A DNA stretch of 64,000 bases, from the NCBI GenBank assembly GCA_016715865.1, contig JADJXM010000006.1, forward strand, positions 65,486-129,485, written 5' to 3'. Below the pieces are notes generated by a model. That model was not told where the DNA came from. It made no database searches and was given only the letters and a program-made list of their open reading frames with translations. Position 1 is the stretch's first letter; every line of letters starts with the position of its first letter. This document shows positions 29,656 to 43,500 of the stretch, piece after piece. Both the position numbers and the translations under genes were made by a program. The stretch is from Acidobacteriota bacterium. GTDB taxonomy: Bacteria > Acidobacteriota > Blastocatellia > RBC074.

Positions 29656-30783
29656 TCATTGTCCCACGATCAAGTATTCATGTACTTCGGCACGTACAAC
29701 GTTTTGATGAGTCCCGAAATGATAGCGATGTGGTTTCTCGTACAGAGTGACTCTTTTCTTGTAACGGCTTAAAAGATCTTCTAATACATCCTTGTCAGGG
29801 AAACCGTTGGAGCTATATGAGAGAACGATAGTGCTGTTGCGGTATAGTTGAAAAAGCTTGTCAAAGGCTTCGATCGCCGTTTTTCTATAGCTGAATGGCG
29901 TATAGGGTTTTTCGATTTTCTTAACTTTTGTGCTTTCCATGATCCGAAGTCCTTGCCAATAACAAGAAAGACCTTCCAGAAAGTGATATCGCTTAACGTA
30001 GCAGTTGTCATCCGAGCGCGGCACATATGGCGGATCCAAATAGACCAGATCAACACCCTCTGGCTTTAATGTAAAAACGTCTGCTCGTTTTACTATATTC
30101 TGGCGACCATTATCGAAAACAACCCGGTTGAATGTCTCGATCTGTTCAAGAAAATGTTCTTCGATAGAAAGCTGCAGATCCCGTCGACCATCGTCGTAGC
30201 GAGAGAGATCACCCGAAACCGTGAAGACACCACGAGGCTGCTTCTTCAAGCAAGAACGTATCAGAGCAGCGCGGGCAAGGGCACGCTGATGGTCATGTTC
30301 GAGTTTATCAAGATTATTGGAAACACGGTCCAGGAACCCCAGATCTTTGGCGGTATAGAAGATTCCTTTGAATGTTTTTTGGATGAAATTGGAGCTGTTT
30401 TTTGAAGGTGTGAGCAACTTGTCCACTGCCGGACCAGCGAGCTGATACTTACTATTTTCAACTGTCGCCATTGCCAAAACTGTTGGGAAATTCAGAAAGT
30501 CTGAAGCGATTACACTCTTGCCCATCGCCTTCAGCAAATAGGCTACACATCCGCTTCCGACAAACGGATCCGCAGCTGTCTCGAAGTCGAGAGTGCGAAA
30601 GACGCCATGAATCCATGGTAAAAGTCTGCGTTTGGAACCCATGTAGCGCAGTTCCGGATACTCCAAGACCAGCCTTGGAAGAGGGGTATCAATGATCTCT
30701 TCATGATTGATGGCGCCACTCACCTGTTCATTGGATTGCCGCGTAAAAAGAGGCATTTGAATTCCTGATCTTGGAGACGCCAT
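29656..30783 (-). CDS. Dam-family (D12 class) N6-adenine DNA methyltransferase
   Basis: Motif I RYMGSKRRLLPWI and motif IV DPPY. Confidence 0.8.
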   Translation of the reverse strand: MASPRSGIQMPLFTRQSNEQVSGAINHEEIIDTPLPRLVLEYPELRYMGSKRRLLPWIHGVFRTLDFETAADPFVGSGCVAYLLKAMGKSVIASDFLNFPTVLAMATVENSKYQLAGPAVDKLLTPSKNSSNFIQKTFKGIFYTAKDLGFLDRVSNNLDKLEHDHQRALARAALIRSCLKKQPRGVFTVSGDLSRYDDGRRDLQLSIEEHFLEQIETFNRVVFDNGRQNIVKRADVFTLKPEGVDLVYLDPPYVPRSDDNCYVKRYHFLEGLSCYWQGLRIMESTKVKKIEKPYTPFSYRKTAIEAFDKLFQLYRNSTIVLSYSSNGFPDKDVLEDLLSRYKKRVTLYEKPHRYHFGTHQNVVRAEVHEYLIVGQ

Positions 30784-30853
30784 AAATTACCTTCAGATAA
30801 TGACTGAATGATCATATCTCATTGTTATCTTGTCAATGAAGTAATTGTCGAAA

Positions 30854-33187
30854 TCAAAACTCTATCCTTCCGCCGATGATCGGGATCAGAGTCCGTTCGC
30901 GCAGGAAACCGGCCGTCCCGCTTCCCAGCCGGTAATTGACATCGACGACATTGGTGTATTTCGTCAGATTGAAGATATCGACGTAAGGCGAGAAGGACCA
31001 GCGCCTGAAATCGAAGCGGCGCTCGACGCGCAGATCGAGTTGGAAGAAGTTCGGCAACCTCAGAGCATTCCTGTCTTCAGGCCGCAACAGTTCAAACAGT
31101 GTCACTCGCGGAGGCTCGTTGAAAATCACAGGCGTCAGATTCGAGTAGGCGAGACCGCTCGCGACGCGCATTTTTGAAGCGAGCAACCATTGTCCCCAGA
31201 GCTTGATGCGGGTCAGGCCGATCAGCGTCAACTGGTGCGGGCGAGCGACTTCTGAAGGAAAAGTGAACCCTTCGGGTGTGAAACGCCTGCGGGCGCGCGT
31301 CCAGGAGTACCCCGCCTGACCGGCGAATCTTCCAGACAATGCCTTCTGAGCGGTGACTTCGACGCCCTGGACATCGGCTTCCCCAGTGTTAAGGTACCGC
31401 GGCGAGGTGCGTGTCGGTTGGACCAGCAGATCGTAGTAACTCTTACGATAAGCCTCGACTGTGACACGCACATCTTCACGCGCCAGCCATTCGATTCCGC
31501 CGATAGCGTGGACCGAGCGCTGCGCCTTGAGCGTGCGATTTTCCGGAGTTAACGCGAGCAGAAAGCTGGGAGGCGGCTGGCGATAGAGGCCCGCGGCCAG
31601 ATTGAGGGCGAAACGCGAACTGAGCCGGATGCGCGCACTTGCTCGCGGGCTGATCAGAGTCTGCCGCGTGACGCCGTACCTGTCGAAGCGCACGCCGGGC
31701 GAGATCGACAGTCGACTTGTCGCCTGCCATGTCGCCTGGGCATAGGCATAACCATTGACGGTCGAATCGATGCGCAAATGATGTTCGCGCGTCGGAGCTC
31801 GATACTCTTCGCCGATAGGGCTGTATCCGACGGGCGAACGCTCGAATGTATAAATGTCGCCCTGCTGGACGATCAGTGCTCCACCAGCCGCCAGATTGAC
31901 GCGCGGACTAAATGCGGTCGTCAACTCCTGCTTGATGCCGAACTGCGATTCGCGCAGGTCACGCCGGCGCTGCAGCGTGGTCCGATCGATGCGCAGAAAG
32001 CTGCCGTCATTGTGTTCGCCGATGCCCCAGGCTGTAATGTTCGAAAGCGTGCGATCTCCGAGAGTCGAGCTTAGCGTGGCGCCGGCGATGTAACGCTTGC
32101 CGGTACGTTCGCTGATCAACTGATCACGACGCGAAGCTCTTTGCGCGGTCTCGAACGGAACGGTGATGCGCTCGGCGAAGGTCATCGCCGTCAGTGACAA
32201 TTTGTGCCGCGGAGCCAGATCGACGTCTATCTTATTAATAACATCCAGATTGCGCGGCTTGCCGATATCGCCCAGATCGAAAAGCTCGAAGGCCAGGTCG
32301 ATGTAGCTGCGCCGGATTGAGACAAACCAGCCGGCGCGCGGCCCGAGCGGGATTTCGACGCTCCCGCCGGCTACGCCAGAATCCGCAAAGAGACTTCCCT
32401 GCACCCTGTCGCGCGTCGCTTTGCGAATGGTGATGTCGAGTGCGGAAGACATCCGATCGCCATAGCGCGCGCCGAATCCTCCGGCTGAAAATTCCAGGCG
32501 GTCAAAGACGTCCGGCGCCAGCAGCGCCGCTCGCCCTCCGCGACCGTTGTCGTATTGATCGGAAAAATAGGTGAAGTCGCCGATGGGGATGTTGTCGATG
32601 AAGGTCAGATTTTCGCTGGGGAAACCACCGCGCACCAGCAGGTCGCCAAACTGCGCCGAGTCGGCGGTCACTCCGGGCAAAGACGAGATGGCGCGCAGAG
32701 CATCGCCTCCCGTGCCGGGCAGCGATCGCAGCTCGGCACGTCGCAGCGTCACGTTGCTGATCGGCTGATCCGTCGTTTGAACATAGTATCCGCTGCTGAC
32801 CGTCATCTCTTCGGAGACCTGCAGGTCCAATCGCACATCGTAGATCGAAGTGTAACGGGCCGTAACCGTGATCAGTCCGATGATGAGTGGAGCATAGCCC
32901 CTGGCCTTCACTCGCGCCGCCCAGGTTCCGGGCGGAAGCTCCAGCCTGTAGCGACCTTCCTCATCGGTGACGGCTTCAGTCCGGTCAGCGATGGCGATTA
33001 CAGCGCCGGCGACCGGCTGTCCGCTGACGCGTTCAGTGACCTGACCGGTCACGGTTCCAGATTGAGGCGAAGGGTTCTGAGCGCCCGCGCTGGCGACTGC
33101 CGCGAGCATCACCATCGCGACCAGACAGGACTTTACCGGGAGATCCATAATCTGACTGCATACTCTGCCAACTAAATTTTCTGACAT
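30854..33187 (-). CDS. TonB-dependent receptor with N-terminal carboxypeptidase-regulatory-like domain
   Basis: Signal peptide, a CarboxypepD_reg-like Ig domain (VTGQVTERVSGQPVAGAVIA), a plug, and a C-terminal barrel ending in aromatic F. Confidence 0.8.
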   Translation of the reverse strand: MSENLVGRVCSQIMDLPVKSCLVAMVMLAAVASAGAQNPSPQSGTVTGQVTERVSGQPVAGAVIAIADRTEAVTDEEGRYRLELPPGTWAARVKARGYAPLIIGLITVTARYTSIYDVRLDLQVSEEMTVSSGYYVQTTDQPISNVTLRRAELRSLPGTGGDALRAISSLPGVTADSAQFGDLLVRGGFPSENLTFIDNIPIGDFTYFSDQYDNGRGGRAALLAPDVFDRLEFSAGGFGARYGDRMSSALDITIRKATRDRVQGSLFADSGVAGGSVEIPLGPRAGWFVSIRRSYIDLAFELFDLGDIGKPRNLDVINKIDVDLAPRHKLSLTAMTFAERITVPFETAQRASRRDQLISERTGKRYIAGATLSSTLGDRTLSNITAWGIGEHNDGSFLRIDRTTLQRRRDLRESQFGIKQELTTAFSPRVNLAAGGALIVQQGDIYTFERSPVGYSPIGEEYRAPTREHHLRIDSTVNGYAYAQATWQATSRLSISPGVRFDRYGVTRQTLISPRASARIRLSSRFALNLAAGLYRQPPPSFLLALTPENRTLKAQRSVHAIGGIEWLAREDVRVTVEAYRKSYYDLLVQPTRTSPRYLNTGEADVQGVEVTAQKALSGRFAGQAGYSWTRARRRFTPEGFTFPSEVARPHQLTLIGLTRIKLWGQWLLASKMRVASGLAYSNLTPVIFNEPPRVTLFELLRPEDRNALRLPNFFQLDLRVERRFDFRRWSFSPYVDIFNLTKYTNVVDVNYRLGSGTAGFLRERTLIPIIGGRIEF

Positions 33188-33205
33188 TTAGATCTGGAAG
33201 AAATT

Positions 33206-33366
33206 AATCGCAAAGCCGCAAAGCAGGCAAAGATTGCTGTAATATCATGCCGCCAAAGGGCAAAGATTTATGGTGATATTAATATCCGAATTATTGCCCA
33301 CTTGGATATAATTCGAAAACTGATCTTCCCTCTATATCTTTGCCCCTTTGCGGCCTCTGCGATTAA
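33206..33366. repeat. Element K1: GCAAAG-repeat inverted arms around a conserved, roughly 95-nt core with an internal hairpin
   Basis: About 88% identical to 48712..48920. The core is ggtgatattaatatccgaattattgcccacttggatataattcgaaaactgatcttccctctatatctttgcccctttgcggcc. Confidence 0.7.
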
Positions 33367-33452
33367 CTTTTTTCCAGTCTTGAATACAAGAAAATTTAGT
33401 TAACAAAGTGTTAAAGTTCTTTGAAATCACAGGAAGATTTCTTGCCATTGAT

Positions 33453-35345
33453 TCAATTGATTCTGATGCTGACAGTATTCGCCTGCTGACCGTCGACGGT
33501 CAATCCGACATCGACCACGCCGCGATTGATAAGAGCCCTGTCGAGGCGGATGTTGGCCTGATCCAGACCGATGAGAGTCGGATGCGCCCCCAGAAACGTC
33601 ACCTGCATCGAAGACCCGCCAACCATGGCGGAAACATTGGCCAGCGCACTGCGGTAGCGGAATCCGGTTCCGAACAGAATCAGAAAAACCTGATCCGTTT
33701 CAGGGCCAAGGTCGATCGGAAGAGCTACGAATTGATTGCTCGCCTGATCGAAAGTGATAACCGGTTCGAAGCTCTGCGAACCATCGGAACGGGTTCTCTG
33801 CACGACAGCGGCGGCGACTCCGCGGCCGTTGGCATTTGCGCTGAAGACCGACGGCACGACGGTCGCGATATTGATGGCGCTGCTGAAAGCGGCGCCGAAA
33901 ACTATGTCATTCCTGAAATTTATGGTCGCATTGCCAGGGGCTGTCCCGGGGGGAATCTGGAAGTTGACCTGATCGGGCGAAACGAAGAAGAGTGAAGCCG
34001 GACGATTGCTCCCGAGCGCATCGATGACGCTGACGCTTGCGCCGGCGAGCGTCGTCGGCAAAGCCTGATTTGCCGGCGCTGACTGCGTGGTCGAAGCCAG
34101 TCCGGAACCAAAGGCCGCGACGATCGATTCGGCGGCAACCTGCGCTCCGGCATAATTGGCGGCCGAAACGACCGCTGCCGTCCCCGGCAGGGCCAGCCGG
34201 TAGATTCCGCCGTTGATATCGATGACGTAGATTTCTCCAGACTCATCCTCGGCGAACGACGAGATCAGGAAACTGGTGTCGCGGAGCAAACTCATCGTGT
34301 TGTTGTTCCAGAGAAATATCTCTCCGGTGCAGTAATCGGCGAAAACATAGCTGCCGGCGGGCAGTGTCCCTTTCGTACCGCGATAGACATACCCTCCGGT
34401 GACTGAGCAGCGATTGTTCGAATGGTCGTATTCGATCAGCGGGGCGATGAATCCCGGAGCCGTGCATGACGCCGGGCCGAGGCCGGTGCAGCGAGTCCCT
34501 TCGAGCACTCGCCAGCCATAATTGCCGCCCAGTGTGATCAGACTGACCTCTTCGCGCTGGCCCTGTCCGACATCGCCGGCATAGAGCTGCCCCGTTTGCC
34601 GGTCGAACGACCAGCGCCAGGGATTTCGAACGCCGACCGCGTAAATCTCATCAGCTCCCGGCGTCGATCCGAAGAACGGATTGGTCGACGGCGAAGAATA
34701 CGGCACATTTCCATTCGGCGTATCGACATCGATACGCAGCATCTTGCCCAGCAGGTTATTGATGTCCTGCGAACGGTCGCCTGGATCGTTGGCCGAACCG
34801 CCGTCTCCCATGCCGATGTACAGAAACCCGTCAGCCCCAAAATCGATCATCCCCCCGTTGTGATTCGAAAACGGCTGGGCGATCGTCAGAATGATCTTTT
34901 CTTCAATATCGGCCACATTCGGATTCGCAACCGAGGCCTTGAATTCAGAGATGACAGTTGCGCCGTCGCTGCGACGTGTGTAGTTGACGATAAAACGCCG
35001 GTTGTTCGCGAACTGAGGATGAAATGCGAGACCGAGCAGGCCGCGCTCACCGCCAGAGCCGACCTTCGTAACGATATCGAGAAAAGGTGTCGGCAGCGGA
35101 GCCGCCGCACCGGGTAACATGACCAGAATCCTGCCCGGTTGTTCGATGATGAAGAACCGGTTGCTGCCGTCGTGCGCGCTGGTTGCGAAGACAGGCGAAT
35201 TCAATCCTTGCGCCACAGGAATAAGCTGAATCGTCGCCTGGGCTGAAACAGTCCGCTCAACACCATCCGGTGAAAAACTGAAGAGAGACGACAACCCACC
35301 GATCAATAAAAATAGAATGAATATACGAATGAATAATCTGTTCAT
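33453..35345 (-). CDS. PQQ-dependent soluble sugar (glucose/sorbosone) dehydrogenase with C-terminal Solibacter-type (TIGR03437-like) domain
   Basis: Signal peptide [17 protein letters not shown] and the GSDH beta-propeller motif [30 protein letters not shown]. The C-terminal roughly 200 aa is an Ig-like tail. Confidence 0.65.
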   Translation of the reverse strand: MNRLFIRIFILFLLIGGLSSLFSFSPDGVERTVSAQATIQLIPVAQGLNSPVFATSAHDGSNRFFIIEQPGRILVMLPGAAAPLPTPFLDIVTKVGSGGERGLLGLAFHPQFANNRRFIVNYTRRSDGATVISEFKASVANPNVADIEEKIILTIAQPFSNHNGGMIDFGADGFLYIGMGDGGSANDPGDRSQDINNLLGKMLRIDVDTPNGNVPYSSPSTNPFFGSTPGADEIYAVGVRNPWRWSFDRQTGQLYAGDVGQGQREEVSLITLGGNYGWRVLEGTRCTGLGPASCTAPGFIAPLIEYDHSNNRCSVTGGYVYRGTKGTLPAGSYVFADYCTGEIFLWNNNTMSLLRDTSFLISSFAEDESGEIYVIDINGGIYRLALPGTAAVVSAANYAGAQVAAESIVAAFGSGLASTTQSAPANQALPTTLAGASVSVIDALGSNRPASLFFVSPDQVNFQIPPGTAPGNATINFRNDIVFGAAFSSAINIATVVPSVFSANANGRGVAAAVVQRTRSDGSQSFEPVITFDQASNQFVALPIDLGPETDQVFLILFGTGFRYRSALANVSAMVGGSSMQVTFLGAHPTLIGLDQANIRLDRALINRGVVDVGLTVDGQQANTVSIRIN

Positions 35346-35352
35346 GGTCCCC

Positions 35353-35432
35353 CCCTGGGAGCGCAGGCTTCCAGCCTGCTTTTTTTGGCTAATAGTGAAA
35401 TTCAAGCAGGCTGGAAGCCTGCGCTCCCAGGT
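35353..35432 (-). terminator. Perfect 28-bp inverted repeat (hairpin) immediately downstream of selB
   Basis: cctgggagcgcaggcttccagcctgctt / aagcaggctggaagcctgcgctcccagg with a 24-nt loop that contains a T7 run. Confidence 0.4.
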
Positions 35433-35487
35433 TCCTGGAAACATTACAAGATTGAGGGGCGTTAAATTGCAGGGGAGGAAGATCAGT

Positions 35488-37407
<1,920 letters not shown>

Positions 37408-37588
37408 TCGTTATTCTTCAAGTCGCTCCTGCTTATCAGTCCCCGTTCATGGCAAAAATTTAATCTCCCCGGCCAAAACTTTTCAAGGCGGGCGGGAGAT
37501 CATACTTGATCATCGACCGAGTTTGGAAAAGAATATGATGTATCCCCTGAGAAACTGCTATCTTGTCCGTCCCGGTGACATAAAAAAG

Positions 37589-40500
37589 ATGAGCCATAAT
37601 CCAGAGGACAATTCAGCTACGCCGGCGCCAACCCGACGACGCCTCAGATGGCTGCGTCCAAAACGCCTCGTAGCGGCGCTGCTCATCGCGGTCGCGCTGC
37701 TCGGTCTGCTGGGCCTCGGCGGATGGCTCTACATTCGTTCTGAAAATTTCAACAGATTCATCGCTGACCAGATCAAGAACAAGCTCAGGGAATATGGGCT
37801 GCGCGGAGAGATCGGCGGATTCGGCCTCGCACTGAGCCAGCAGACGGCTTCCCTCAGGGATTTCAAAATATACAACGAGCAAAACGGCAAGCTGCTTGCG
37901 ACGATCGACGCGGTCCGAATTTCATTCAAGATCCGCGAGCCATTCGCGGCAAGACTGAGCCGTGAAATCGGCGTCAATCTGGCCGAGATCGATGGGCTGA
38001 AGCTGAATCTTGAGATCGACAAGGATGGTCGGAGCAGTTTCGAGGGGCTGCACACTCCGCCTCGCAAGGTCAGACGCCTGTCATTCGATACCTCAAAATT
38101 GAAAGGAATGCTGACGGACAGCTCGGTCAGATTCTCAGACCTCCGGCGCGAAATCGAGATAGATCTTGGAGGCATCAGCGCAACGGCTGCTCCGCTGCCG
38201 GATAATTCAGGGGTGATATCGGTCCAGTTCGAAGGCCGTGGGGGACGGATCGAGCGACAGCAGCGTACGGCCTCGATCGAATCGCTGGTCATCGACTGCC
38301 GGGTTGCCGAATCCGGTCTGACCATTGAGAAGCTGACGCTCGATTCCGATTTCGCACAGGCCAGCATTAAAGGAGGCATCGAAACGTGGTCCCCTGTCAA
38401 ATACGGTTTCGATTTCGATGCCCGGATCAAGGCCGAAGAACTGACCCGCGTCTTTTTGCCGGATGTTGAAATCAGCGGAACTGCGACGAGCAAAGGCAGG
38501 TTCGAGGGCGAACAAACGGATTATCGATTCAACGGCGATGTCGCCTCGTCCGATCTGGATGTCTACGGCGCGCAACTGCGGGATCTGAAATTCAACCGGC
38601 TCAGGGGATCGGGCAGAGGCGATCGATTCGATTTCACCTGCGATCGTCTTTCGGCTGGATCGACCACGATCGACAAGATCATCATCGGACCCGCATCGAT
38701 CAACCAGGTGAAGGGCGATTTCAGGAAGATGGTATTGCAAACCAGATCGCCCTCAGCTCAGATCGGCACTGTCGAATGGACTGAGAGCAAGCTGAGCAAC
38801 CTCATGCTGAACAGCATGACTGCCGATTTCGATTTTCATTCCGGACGATTCGCATATGACGTTAAAACCGCCGCGAACCTGCAAGAGGGAGAGATCACCA
38901 GCGTCAAATTCAGCAATGCCAGCGCTCAGGCCGTATTCGACAAGAACGGTCTTGGTTTGACGGAGATACAGGCGGATGTCCTGGGCGGCAAAGCACAGGG
39001 GACCTTCGAGCTGCCATTGGGCAGTGGAACGATATCCAGGGCCACGGCAAGCTATTCCGAGTTGCAGGCCCGGGAACTGATCTCGGCGCTGCTCAATGCC
39101 GGCCAGGAGAAGACAGCGACCCTGGTGCCACTTGCCGGACGGGTGAGCGGTCAGGCTGAGCTGACCTTCAAAGGCGCCGACCCGCAAACCCTGAACGGAA
39201 AAATCAGCGCCCATTTCGCCGGCGCCACGGGCGAATCGCTGGATGCCATTCCGATCAACGGCGACACTTCAATCGACGTCACAGACGGCATGTTTCAAGT
39301 CAGGGATACGCAATTCACTACCGATGCCACACGTTTGAACGCCGAGGGCACGATGGCCGTCGTCGGAGACTCCGATCTGAAGCTGAGCATCGTTTCGACC
39401 AGGGCCGAGCAGCTGATACAGATCGCACGGTCGATCGAATCAGCACGCCCGTACATCACCGAATACGAACCGCAGATGATCGGAAACTTCAGTTTTAACG
39501 GAACCCTGCGCGGAAGAACCGTTGAGACAGCCGGCGGCGAGATCACAGGCTTGACAGAAGAGTTGACGCTGGATGGCGAGATCGACGCCGAAACGGTGGG
39601 GCTGCGCGACGCGCTGCTGGGCGCCTTCTCCGGCAGCCTCTATTTATCGAATGAAGAGATCCGCGTGTCACGGGGACTGATCAAGGCCTCGAACGGCGGT
39701 TCGCTGAAATTCGAGCTGCAAACTCCGTTCGACCCCAATTCGTCCACGGGACGTCTTGATGCATACATTGACCGGCTGGAACTGGATTCTTTGCTCGCGG
39801 CTGCTGGTGCACCGGACTCCGGCCAGGTTGTGACCGGCGAAGTGACCGGGGAGGTTCATCTGACTGAGCTGCCCGCCACGCTTCGCGGAACCGCGCAAGT
39901 CAGGCTCATCAACGGGATGATCGCCAATCAGCCGGCTGAAATGGCCATGGCGGACCTTCGTTTCGACGGTAAGACGGCTCTGCTCAACGAGCTTGCAGTT
40001 CGCATGCGCGAGAGCAGCCTGAGCGTTCAGGGATCGATGAACCTCGACGATTACTCTTTTAAGGTCGCGGGCAAGGCCGATCGCATTGCGCTCAGCGAAA
40101 TCGCCCGGGAGTTGACGGACGAAGGCCAGGAGAACAGGGTCCGCGTGGATGGGACGGCAGATGCCGAATTCACTCTCAGCGGTCGGATAATTCCCGGCAA
40201 GCAACCGGACATCGATCGGGAAAATCTTGAAATTTCGCTGACTGCACGGGGCAGGGATGTGCTCATCAACGGACGCGACGCCGGCAAATCGGCGCTCACC
40301 GTTCGAACCAGCCCCGGCGGCCGAATCGATTTCGGCGTTAGTTCCGACCTGCTTCTCATCGAAAAGCCGCCCGACGAGGCCGCCCATCCCGAGATACTGC
40401 GTGGCAACATCGAATTGCGCAAACCCGGAATTCCACTGCAGCTTGAAAGCGATCTCGTCAATCAGGAATTGTCCCCCATTCTGGAACTGCTGGCTCCGGA

Positions 40501-43500
40501 TGTGAAGAACCTTGTTCGCGGGACGGTGAGCGGAAAACTGCGGATGGAAGGCCCGACGCAGGATGCCGCCGGGAATGCGACGATCGAAATGATGCGTGGC
40601 GAATTGACATTGACCGAGGCTTCGCTGTTTGTGGCAGACACGCCCGTGACCGTCAACACCCCTGTTTCCGCCACGCTGGAGTCGATGAAGATCGGCATAG
40701 CTCCAACGCGTTTCACAGGCGAAGGGATCGATTTGAGCGTTGCAGGCGATTTCGGCCTCAAGGGAGACGCCGAGATGAGCCTCTCGCTCAATGGCATGAT
40801 CAATCTCAACAAGCTGCCGTTGAGCGGTTCCGATCTGAGTCTGAATGGTAACGTCTCCATCGATGGCACGCTCAAGGGATCGGCTGATAATCCTGTTCTC
40901 GGAGGAAAGATCGATCTCGAAGGCGTTGGCCTGTCGTCACGGGACCTTCCCTTCTTCATCTCGGACGGAAAAGGCTCAATCACACTGAGCGGCGATCAGG
41001 TGGTGCTTAATGAATTCAACGCCGATGCGAATGATGGGACGCTCAAGGCCTCAGGTACGATGAAGATCGAGGGCCTCAAACCGAAGGAATGGAACTACAC
41101 CATTCTGGCCGACAACGCCACGCTCAACTATCGCGACGTGAGCGCCAATATCATCGGCGACCTGAGACTGTCCGGCAACATGGAAGGTCAGACACTGGCC
41201 GGAACGATCACCATACCGCAGGCTGAATACGCGCCGGATCTCGACCTTGACAATCTGCTCACGAGCGGAGCCGAAATCTCGTTGCTCGGTTTCGGGCTGG
41301 CCGGCGGATCGGACAACATCGGAGGCTTGCCGACAATCAGGCTGAACCTGCGTGTCGAAGCCAAAGATTCTCTGATAGTTCGCAATGAACAGATCAACGC
41401 GGTCGGCTCAGCACTGCTCAACGTCACCGGCTCACTGACCAATCCGGATCTTGCAGGGCGTATTGAGAGCGAAGGCGGTTCAGTACGTTTTCGCGGGCAG
41501 CGATACGAGATCACTATCGGCACGCTCGACCTGCCCCCCGGAGACGCATCTCCGCTGCTCAACCTGGTGGCTGAAAGCGAATACGGCGGCTATCGCGTGA
41601 CAATCGGTTTCATCGGTCCGATCGACGACATCGACCTGACACTTCGTTCCGAACCACAACTGGTGAGAGACGAGATCATCGCCCTGATCACAACCGGGCG
41701 GACCGAAGCAGGAACGATCACATCGAGCGATCCGCTCCGCACCGGCGTCGGCACTGCCGCTTCCCTGCTCTCTTCGGGACTCATCTCGCGTCCGACTGAG
41801 CGGTTGCTCGGCCTGAGCCGCTTCCAGATCGATCCGGTCATCCGTCCCAACGCTAACCCCGCCGCGCGACTGACGGTCGGACAGCAGCTCTCGCGTGACG
41901 TCTATCTCAGTTACTCGACCAACCTCGCCACCGAACAGGATCAGACCGCACTGGCCGAATACACCATCTCGAACCGGTTCTCGGCGCTCGCCTCCTACAC
42001 CCAGGGCGGCAGTTCGACACGCCAGGGACTGCGCGAAAATACATTCACAATCGAACTGCGCGGTCGCAAACGCTTTTCGATCGGATTCAGCCCCGATACG
42101 CTCTCGGCCGGTGGCGGGGTGGCCAGCACGACCGACCAGATCGCGGACTTTTCGCGAGCGACCTTGCCTGCGGCCGAGGTGAAGGTGGATGAAGTGCCCG
42201 ATCTGAAGCTGAACAACAAGAAACTGCGCGAATTGTTGCCGGTCATGACTCAGGGATTCAGCCGTTCGCTGGCGAGACTCGGAGAACAGCGACTCAGAGA
42301 GTACCTTCAGGAACACGGATATTTCTTCGCCGAGGTCGCCTATCGCTGCGAACCCGTCACGTGTTCGGGCGGCGATCTCAATCTCTATTACGACATCGAA
42401 CCGAATGCCATTTATGACCTCAAGGATATTCGGATCGAAGGGACGGACCTGGTCAAACTGAAAAACATCGAAGACCAGCTGCAATCGAAGACCGCAAGCG
42501 ATTTCGGGGGAATTCCGTTTCTCAAGGATCTGCCGCTGATTGGAGGCTACGTTCGCGGCCTGACCAGCAACGACCGGCTGCGCAGCGATGCCGAAATCAT
42601 TCGCCGTACTCTGGTCGATATCGGATACAGGAAAGCCGATGTCAAATCAAGGCTGGCCGTCAACGCGAACAATGATGAACTGGTCGTCGTCTTCGAGATC
42701 GATGAAGGCGTTCAGTCAGAAGTCGCCGGCCTGACACTGCGGGGCAATTCGATAATCACCGCGGATGAGTTGCTCGAAGCCGTCCCGATTCAGGAAGGCG
42801 AAGCCTTTTCGATCAGCCGTGCTCTTGCCGGTGTACAGCAGATCAGGGGGCTATACAACGACCTCGGTTATTTGCAGGCCACTGCCGAGCTCGATCTCGA
42901 GGATATCGACGAAGACAGCGTTCAGTTGATTTACACGGTCAATGAAGGCGCGCGCGCGGTCATCAGCGAAATCGAGATCAACGGGCTGACAAAGACCGGC
43001 AAGGGATGGGTTCGACGCTATTTTGATTTCAAACAGGGCGAGATACTGACACCTGACAAAATCAGGCAGACCCAGCGGGACCTGTACGCGACCAATGCAT
43101 TTCGTGAAATCAACATCCTGACCGATCCGATCGGCGGAGATGATGGCTCAGCCCATCGCATCTTGGTCAATCTGACGGAAGCGAAACCTCTGCTGCTGGT
43201 CTATGGTCTTGGCTACTCGACCGACGACGGTGTGCGCGGATTGATGGAAGTCGCAAACACGAACCTCGCCGGCTCGCTCGATGCTCTTTCGTTGAGGCTG
43301 CGCGGCAGCCGGCGCGAACAGTTCGGACAGCTTTCGTTCACTGATCTGCGTCCTTTCGGTTCGCGATTACCGACGACGATGTCGGTCTTTTACAACCGCA
43401 ACAACAATCTGGTGCCGATCATCCGACGGCGTCTGGTCGACGGCAAGGAAGAGAACGTTCGAGATCAGTCGTTCGGTCTGAACCGTTTTGCGGCCTTCAT

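Noticed and set aside
35353-35432. Palindrome as a SECIS element for selB
   Set aside because: Bacterial SECIS elements lie within selenoprotein coding sequences immediately 3' of an in-frame UGA. This hairpin is intergenic and downstream of selB.
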